12,945 nt of DNA from IMG/VR virus record IMGVR_UViG_2778261277_000020, positions 1 through 12,945 of that record; one strand, given 5' to 3'. The translations under genes and the position numbers were made by a program. This DNA comes from a virus. Taxonomy: Duplodnaviria; Heunggongvirae; Uroviricota; Caudoviricetes. Shown one piece after another: positions 7,741 through 12,945 of the stretch (position 1 is the first letter of the stretch; every line of letters starts with the position of its first letter). The notes below the pieces were generated by a model. The model was not told where the DNA came from, searched no databases, and saw only the letters and a program-made list of their open reading frames with translations.

Positions 7741-8142
7741 TCACGCCCGGCGGCTTTTTTGTGCCGCCAGCCACCGGGCAATGGTTTCTTCCATTGATTT
7801 TTTCTTGTCTTTGATTTCTTGAAGCATTTTTTCTTGGTCTTCCTCAGGGAACGCACTAAAAGCCTGGAGCAGTTCGCGTTGGCGAGGACCAATTTTCATC
7901 GTGTCAGGGGTGAAAATTTGCTCCCCCTCTTCAGGAGGCAATAAAAACCAATGCAATGGATGCCCTGTAACCTCAACCAGTTTATCCAAACTTGAGGCTT
8001 TAGGTGTAGCCTTACCGCTGACCCATTGTTGAACAGTTTGTTGTGTCACACCAATTCTACGGGCAAGCTCAGCCTGGCTCCATCCAGTTTCCTGAAGAAG
8101 CTTGCTGATTCTGTACATAGATACTTCTAGGGCGCTCATCAT
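7741..8142 (-). CDS. paaR: PaaR2-like / CI-like HTH (XRE family) transcriptional repressor (133 aa)
   Basis: N-terminal HTH (WSQAELARRIGVTQQTVQQWVSG); first gene of the three-gene cassette; divergent from a cro-like gene across a palindromic operator; no SD before the ATG (possibly leaderless). Confidence 0.75.
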   Translation of the reverse strand: MMSALEVSMYRISKLLQETGWSQAELARRIGVTQQTVQQWVSGKATPKASSLDKLVEVTGHPLHWFLLPPEEGEQIFTPDTMKIGPRQRELLQAFSAFPEEDQEKMLQEIKDKKKSMEETIARWLAAQKSRRA

Positions 8143-8177
8143 TATTCAATTTTACAGGTAAATACTGTTAAAAGCAT

Positions 8178-8218
8178 TACAATAAAAAACTGTTGATCAA
8201 ATACAGTTTTTTATTGTA
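8178..8218. promoter_or_regulatory. 41-bp perfect palindrome (16-bp arms TACAATAAAAAACTGT, 9-bp spacer TGATCAAAT) in the divergent paaR / ydaS control region: candidate OR-like operator
   Basis: Read directly; sits between paaR start (8142) and ydaS start (8251); a TATAGT -10-like hexamer at 8228-8233 lies just downstream on the plus strand. Confidence 0.6.
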
Positions 8219-8250
8219 GCCTTTGCCTATAGTTTTTAGAGGAGGGGAAA

Positions 8251-8523
8251 ATGCTAGATAGCACTCGCGAAAAAATTAGGCAGAAATACACTCAGGCTGA
8301 AATAGGTCGTTATATGGGGGTCGCCCAACAGACCGTTTGGCAATGGTTTAGCTTTGGCGTCCCCCCAAAGCAGGTAATTCCGCTATGTCAGCTAATGAAG
8401 TGGGAAGTTACCCCGCATGAAATTCGCCCAGACATTTACCCTAACCCAACTGACGGTTTACCTGTTGGATGTAAGGCTAACACACCAAATGCACCGGAGA
8501 TGATTCATGAAAATCAAGCATGA
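8251..8523 (+). CDS. ydaS: Cro-like HTH protein of the YdaS family (90 aa)
   Basis: Strong SD GAGGAGGGG then ATG 8251; HTH AEIGRYMGVAQQTVWQW and the EIRPDI motif I associate with YdaS/Cro-like proteins; divergent from the repressor gene. Confidence 0.75.
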   Translation: MLDSTREKIRQKYTQAEIGRYMGVAQQTVWQWFSFGVPPKQVIPLCQLMKWEVTPHEIRPDIYPNPTDGLPVGCKANTPNAPEMIHENQA

Positions 8524-8932
8524 ACATATCCGCATGGCGATGAATGCCTGGGCGCATCCGGACGGCGAAAAAGTACCGGCTGCGAAAATTACCAAAGCGT
8601 ATTTCGAGCTGGGAATGACGTTCCCGGAACTGTATGACGACAGCCATCCGGAAGCCCTGGCTCGCAATACTCAGAAAATTTTCCGCTGGGTGGAGAAAGA
8701 CACCCCTGATGCGGTTAAAAAAATTCAGGCGTTGTTACCAGCTATCGAAAAAGCAATGCCACCTCTGCTGGTGGCCCGAATGCGCAGCCATAGCTCAGCC
8801 TATTTTCGGGAACTGGTGGAGACGCGGGAACGACTGGTGAGAGACGCTGATGATTTTGTCGCAGTGGCGATCGCTGGTTTCAACCAGATGAATCGTGGTG
8901 GCCCTGCAGGAAATATTGTGGCTGTGCATTGA
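8507..8932 (+). CDS. ydaT: YdaT-like protein (CII functional analogue), 141 aa
   Basis: Starts MKIKHEHI..., as I recall for Rac / CP-933P YdaT; overlaps ydaS by 17 nt; GGAGA SD 7 nt upstream. Confidence 0.75.
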   Translation: MKIKHEHIRMAMNAWAHPDGEKVPAAKITKAYFELGMTFPELYDDSHPEALARNTQKIFRWVEKDTPDAVKKIQALLPAIEKAMPPLLVARMRSHSSAYFRELVETRERLVRDADDFVAVAIAGFNQMNRGGPAGNIVAVH

Positions 8933-9003
8933 CTCGCAATATTCATACCGGATCACTTCCGGCAATTTGTGAGTAAAAAGATTCGGTATCAGAAGAGGTG
9001 AGT

Positions 9004-10044
9004 ATGGCTAACGCCTGGCTCAGATTATGGCATGACATGCCAAATGATCCTAAGTGGCGAACAATTTCCAGGGTGTCAGGACAGCCAATCGCAACAGTGA
9101 TGGCTGTGTATATCCACCTTCTGGTGAGCGCGTCACGAAATGTCACGACATGTCACGGCGTGTCACTACGTGGTCACATTGATGTCACGACGGAGGATTT
9201 AGCAAGTGCGCTTGATGTGACGGAAGAGGTAATTGATTCAATTTTACAGGCAATGCAGGGGCGGGTACTTGATGGAGATTTAATCTCTGGATGGGAAAAA
9301 CGCCAGGTACTGAAAGAGGACAATGGCAACGTTTCACAAACCGCGAAATCCCCGGCAGAGCGCAAGAGAGCGCAGCGCGAGAGGGAAAAATTACGAAAAC
9401 AGAATGAGGGGGGGCATGACGAGTCACGCATATGTCACGACATGTCACGACGAGTCACGACAGATAAAGATACAGATAAAGAATTAAACCCCACACATAA
9501 CGCGCGCGTGCGCGAGAGTGCTCCGACCAGTGAGTCGAATGGCGTGCCGTTGCAGGCAGCGGAACCTGATTACCTGGAAGGCCTGAGCGAACCCATCGGG
9601 AAATTTCCGATGACTGATGGCTGGCATCCGTCGCCGGATTTTCGACGGCGGGCAGCTCTGTGGGGAGTGGCTCTGCCGGAGCCGGAATTTACACCAGCTG
9701 AACTTGCCGCCTTCCGGGACTACTGGGCAGCGGAGGGTAAAGTTTTCACACAGGTTCAGTGGGAGCAGAAATTCGCCCGTCACGTAAATCACGTCAGGGC
9801 GCAGGTTAAACCAGTCAGCAAGGGGGGGAACCATGCAGCAGCACCAGGTGGCACCGCATCACGGGCAGTTCAGGAAATTCGGGCAGCACGTGAGCAGTGG
9901 GAACGTGAAAACGGATTTATCAGCGACGGAAACGGCGTGGAAGCTGTGGGAACTCATGGGGGAGGTTTATTCGAACCGCTGGACCCAGAAGAACGGGGCC
10001 GCACCTTCGAAGCTCTGGATTGCACAGATTGGTGCGATGACTGA
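9004..10044 (+). CDS. Replication initiator, lambda O-like (YdaU / DUF1376-type N-terminal domain), 346 aa
   Basis: ATG 9004 with AGAGG 5 nt upstream; N-terminus [36 protein letters not shown]; two iteron clusters inside the gene, as for lambda ori within O. Confidence 0.7.
   Translation: MANAWLRLWHDMPNDPKWRTISRVSGQPIATVMAVYIHLLVSASRNVTTCHGVSLRGHIDVTTEDLASALDVTEEVIDSILQAMQGRVLDGDLISGWEKRQVLKEDNGNVSQTAKSPAERKRAQREREKLRKQNEGGHDESRICHDMSRRVTTDKDTDKELNPTHNARVRESAPTSESNGVPLQAAEPDYLEGLSEPIGKFPMTDGWHPSPDFRRRAALWGVALPEPEFTPAELAAFRDYWAAEGKVFTQVQWEQKFARHVNHVRAQVKPVSKGGNHAAAPGGTASRAVQEIRAAREQWERENGFISDGNGVEAVGTHGGGLFEPLDPEERGRTFEALDCTDWCDD
9132..9190 (+). repeat. Iteron cluster 1: six direct repeats with GTCAC core at about 10-11-bp spacing
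   Basis: CGTCACGAAA TGTCACGACA TGTCACGGCG TGTCACTACG TGGTCACATT GATGTCACGA read directly. Confidence 0.6.
9423..9482 (+). repeat. Iteron cluster 2 (four (T/A)GTCACGAC repeats, 10-bp spacing) followed by AT-rich direct repeat CAGATAAAGA x2: probable origin core
   Basis: GAGTCACGCA TATGTCACGA CATGTCACGA CGAGTCACGA CAGATAAAGATACAGATAAAGA read directly; iterons plus adjacent AT-rich tract is the classical lambdoid ori layout. Confidence 0.6.
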
Positions 10045-10510
10045 GCAGCAAATCCGACAGGTCTGCCGCCAGTGCATGGACCGCTGCCGGGCGGGTGAAA
10101 CATGGCCTCCGGACCTGGCTGAGTTTGTGGCGCTGATTTCGGAGAGTGGGGCAAATCCATTCGGTCTGACGGTGGATGCTGTGATGGAGGAGTACCGCCG
10201 CTGGCGCAACGACTCCTGGCGATACGACGGAAGCGATAAATACCCGTGGTCTCAGCCTGTGCTGTATCACATTTGCCTCGAGATGCGGGCAAAAGGGGTT
10301 GAGCGTCAGATGACCGAAGGGGAGTTAAAACGACTTGCAGAACGGCAACTGGCGAAATGGGCAAAACATGTTGGTATGGGCCTGAGTGTTCCGCCTGTCC
10401 GGCGACAACTGGCTGCACCAAAACGCCCGTCGGGACCAACGCCAGTTGAGTTGCTGAAACAGGAGTATGAACGCCGGAAAGCGGCTGGTTTTGTTGGAGT
10501 TGAGAAGTAA
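9833..10510 (+). CDS. Replication protein, lambda P-like (helicase loader), about 225 aa; start uncertain
   Basis: C-terminal half ([40 protein letters not shown]...[16 protein letters not shown]) resembles lambda P as I recall it. ATG 9833 has a G-rich SD (AGGGGGGG, 4-nt spacer) but implies a 212-nt out-of-frame overlap with the O-like gene; alternative starts at 9956 or 10037. Confidence 0.6.
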   Translation: MQQHQVAPHHGQFRKFGQHVSSGNVKTDLSATETAWKLWELMGEVYSNRWTQKNGAAPSKLWIAQIGAMTEQQIRQVCRQCMDRCRAGETWPPDLAEFVALISESGANPFGLTVDAVMEEYRRWRNDSWRYDGSDKYPWSQPVLYHICLEMRAKGVERQMTEGELKRLAERQLAKWAKHVGMGLSVPPVRRQLAAPKRPSGPTPVELLKQEYERRKAAGFVGVEK

Positions 10511-10532
10511 TTTTTACCGGGAGGAAATTTTA

Positions 10533-11303
10533 ATGGAAACTGTTTTTGATGCACTGAAAGCAATGGGAAAAGCCACGTCGGTGGAACTGGCTACGCGACT
10601 TGATATCAGTCGTGAAGAAGTGCTGAACGAGCTGTGGGAACTCAAAAGAAATGGCGTCGTTGATAAAACTGGTCACACCTGGTTTCTGGCTGGCGAAGGT
10701 GAATCCCGGGTAACCGAAGAGCGGCCAGTAAAATCTGAAGCACAGGATATGCTGACCGGGGAGGTCGAACAAAAAGTTACCGCAGACATGATGATTGAGT
10801 TTATCGGTCAGGAGGGGGCTAAAACGTGTGAGGAACTGGCGGGTAAGTTCGGTGTCAGTACTCGCAAAGTTGCTTCCACGCTGGCTGTGGTAACCGCAAC
10901 GGGGCGGCTGGCACGCGTTAATCAGAACGGTAAATTTCGTTACTGCATGCCGGGCGATAAGTTACCAGCAGAGCCGAAATCCGTGCCGGTAACGGAAAAT
11001 GATGGTAAGGCCTTTCCTCAGCCAGCAGGTGTTGCGTTACCAGTACAGGAAGGGGCAACACAGGAAGATATAAAAACAGAAACTGTAGCGGACATTGTGC
11101 AATCGTTGCCATCGTTTACTGAAACGCGAGCGGATGACCTGGTTTTACCATCGCTGCATATGGCAAACCGCGAATTGCGTCGGGCGAAAAATCATGTTCA
11201 GAAGTGGGGGCGTGTCTGCGCCGCGCTGCGGGAGCTGAACAAGCACCGGGATATTGTTCGACATATTACGGATTCTTCCCGCCGTGTTGCATCGGAAAAG
11301 TGA
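10533..11303 (+). CDS. Hypothetical protein (256 aa) with two winged-helix-like segments
   Basis: ATG 10533 with GGGAGG 8 nt upstream; two segments with wHTH-like pattern (ATSVELATRLDISREEVLNELWELKRNGVV; KTCEELAGKFGVSTRKVASTLAVVTATGRLARV). Confidence 0.6.
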   Translation: METVFDALKAMGKATSVELATRLDISREEVLNELWELKRNGVVDKTGHTWFLAGEGESRVTEERPVKSEAQDMLTGEVEQKVTADMMIEFIGQEGAKTCEELAGKFGVSTRKVASTLAVVTATGRLARVNQNGKFRYCMPGDKLPAEPKSVPVTENDGKAFPQPAGVALPVQEGATQEDIKTETVADIVQSLPSFTETRADDLVLPSLHMANRELRRAKNHVQKWGRVCAALRELNKHRDIVRHITDSSRRVASEK

Positions 11304-11318
11304 TTGCCGGAGGCGCTT

Positions 11319-11741
11319 ATGGCAAAAGTATTTACACAAGAAGAGCGGGAAAAAATTAAAGGGCAGGTGGTTGAACTCGTGCGCCAGAGCGGTCGTGAGA
11401 CGTTACGGCAACTGGAAGCCAAGACAGGTGCGACAAGATATCTGATGAGCGTTCTCGCCAGAGAGCTGGCTGCCAGTGGCGATGTATACAACTCTGGTTA
11501 CGGGTTATTCCCGTCTGAACAGGCGCGTAAGGACTGGCAAAATGCCCGTAAAAAGCTCTCAAGGGCAAAGCTGAAGAAACCATCTGCGGTTGATCCGGAC
11601 CTTATCTGGTCATTACCAGACGGAGAAATACGTCGCTACGACAGTCGCCTAAACATAATCTGTCGCGAGTGCCGGAAGAGCGAAGTTATGCAGCGTGTAC
11701 TGGCTTTCTATCAGGGTAATTTTCAGGAGGCGGTACTGTGA
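11319..11741 (+). CDS. Hypothetical protein (140 aa)
   Basis: ATG 11319 with GGAGG 5 nt upstream; no recognised motif. Confidence 0.55.
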   Translation: MAKVFTQEEREKIKGQVVELVRQSGRETLRQLEAKTGATRYLMSVLARELAASGDVYNSGYGLFPSEQARKDWQNARKKLSRAKLKKPSAVDPDLIWSLPDGEIRRYDSRLNIICRECRKSEVMQRVLAFYQGNFQEAVL

Positions 11742-11798
11742 GTGAAATTAGCTATCAGGCTTCAATTACCGCTGGCATTCGCATCAAAGGAGAGGAGC

Positions 11799-12155
11799 AT
11801 GGAAATAAAACCAGAAGATGAGTTAAGCAATATCGTTTTATTTCCGGTAAAAGAGGATGACCCTCGTAATCAGGTTAATTTTCTTTATGAGCCATCGGAA
11901 AGACCATATTGCCATCACGCTTCTGTCCGGGTTGACGAAAAAGAGCGTCAGGTCCGCTGTAAAATCTGCGGTGCAGTTGTGGAGCCATTTGACTGGATGC
12001 TCTCTGTGGCGAAAAGAGAAACCAGACTGGCAGATGATGTAAGGCTATTGCGCCAGGAGGAACAGGAAAGACGGAAAAATATAGAAAAGTTAATTCAGAT
12101 TGAGCGTAACGCGAAAGCGCGGATACGCAGGGTGACAAAATCCAGAACTGAATAA
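11799..12155 (+). CDS. Hypothetical protein (118 aa) with Cys/His cluster (CHH...CKIC), possible zinc ribbon
   Basis: ATG 11799 with AAGGAGAGG upstream; C-terminal half charged and helical-looking. Confidence 0.55.
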   Translation: MEIKPEDELSNIVLFPVKEDDPRNQVNFLYEPSERPYCHHASVRVDEKERQVRCKICGAVVEPFDWMLSVAKRETRLADDVRLLRQEEQERRKNIEKLIQIERNAKARIRRVTKSRTE

Positions 12156-12250
12156 TTAAATTTAGCACTGTTAAAAATTCGATCCTTAACCGGAGGGATT
12201 TCTGCACCCTCAGAACATCAGGAGGCCGCCCGAAAGGGCGGTAACAAATA

Positions 12251-12727
12251 ATGCAAGAAATCAAAGAAAATATCAGGCAACAGCTTTACGGGTTTTATAT
12301 TGCTTATGATTTGTGGCTGAAGAACGGGGCAAAACCCGGCGGAGTGTTTTCTCAAAATTATGGTTTATGCGCCAATCTTTTCGATTATCTCACATTAATT
12401 GGTACCCCCTGTGAGGCAGCGCTGGAGCAATTACACGCTGATTTCAGAAGTGCCGGGCTGAATGAGGCGTTGCCGTTTAACGAGGGTAAAGAGCATTACC
12501 ATGAAGAAAGAGGGCACAACATGTGCCATATGAATCCGGCACGAGTGGCGTGGGTCAGGGCGCAGACAGGGCAGCCAGCGCCGGAAGGACTGGTTAAAGC
12601 GGTGCGCTTCTATGAACAGGTTAAGCGTGAAAATCCGCCAGTCGAAACCGGAGCATGGAAAGACGCTGTTGACTGGGTTCTCGAAGAGGCTTGTCAGGCT
12701 GTAAACATTCGCATCAAAGGAGAGTGA
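12251..12727 (+). CDS. Hypothetical protein (158 aa)
   Basis: Long ORF with consistent coding look; GGAGG lies 25 nt upstream, separated from the ATG by a GNRA-loop hairpin. Confidence 0.6.
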   Translation: MQEIKENIRQQLYGFYIAYDLWLKNGAKPGGVFSQNYGLCANLFDYLTLIGTPCEAALEQLHADFRSAGLNEALPFNEGKEHYHEERGHNMCHMNPARVAWVRAQTGQPAPEGLVKAVRFYEQVKRENPPVETGAWKDAVDWVLEEACQAVNIRIKGE

Positions 12728-12729
12728 GA

Positions 12730-12945
12730 ATGCAAATTTCACCGGTTACTCTTCGTGTTGCGAAGGCGTTTATATCCAGACATCACCGACACAATAAACC
12801 ACCTGTTGGGCATAAATTCAGCATTGGTCTGATAAATGATGCCGGAGAATTGATAGGTGTGGCGACAGCTGGTCGACCTGTTGCACGACATTTGGACGAT
12901 GGATTAACGCTTGAAGTAAATCGCACATGTACCACAGGAGAACGC
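12730..12945 (+). CDS. Hypothetical protein, 5' part only (runs off the right edge)
   Basis: ATG 12730 preceded by AAAGGAGAG; open frame to the window end (MQISPVTLRVAKAFISRHHRHNKPPVGHKFSIGLINDAGELIGVATAGRPVARH...). Not in the ORF track because no stop lies within the window. Confidence 0.45.
   Translation, partial: MQISPVTLRVAKAFISRHHRHNKPPVGHKFSIGLINDAGELIGVATAGRPVARHLDDGLTLEVNRTCTTGER

Noticed and set aside
9132-9460. Direct-repeat clusters considered as a possible CRISPR array
   Set aside because: Repeat unit is about 10 bp with no spacers, lies inside a replication-initiator ORF, and is followed by an AT-rich tract; this is an iteron origin, not CRISPR.
9920-10439. Three minus-strand ORFs (80-161 aa) inside the P-like gene
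   Set aside because: Antisense shadow ORFs in a GC-rich coding stretch; Pro/Arg/Ser-rich translations; no SDs.
8165-12176. 10-mer ACTGTTAAAA shared between the operator region (8165-8174) and the intergenic region at 12167-12176
   Set aside because: A shared 10-mer is expected many times by chance in 13 kb; it resembles only part of the operator half-site.

Overview
This 12.9-kb window reads as the left arm, immunity region and replication module of a lambdoid enterobacterial prophage of the Rac / CP-933P type. All calls rest on reading the ORF track and sequence by eye; protein-family names are recalled similarity, not search results. From the left: a minus-strand operon running rha, three small unknown genes, a RecE-like exonuclease, xis and int (int stop at window positions 1-3, so the att site lies outside the window). 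Next comes a visibly AT-rich cargo segment with three uncharacterised genes, two of them convergent and abutting stop-to-stop. The immunity region has a paaR-paaA-parE-like three-gene cassette on the minus strand, sitting where lambda carries rexAB, bracketed by two near-identical long perfect palindromes (OL-like and OR-like). Divergent from it are cro-like ydaS and cII-like ydaT, then O-like and P-like replication genes with two iteron clusters inside the O-like gene, and five unknown nin-region-like genes (the last runs off the window). No rRNA, tRNA, CRISPR array or transposase was seen. The best candidates for something undescribed are the AT-rich cargo cassette (5949-6961) and the ORF-free structured region next to it (5380-5940); I cannot assign either a function from sequence alone.
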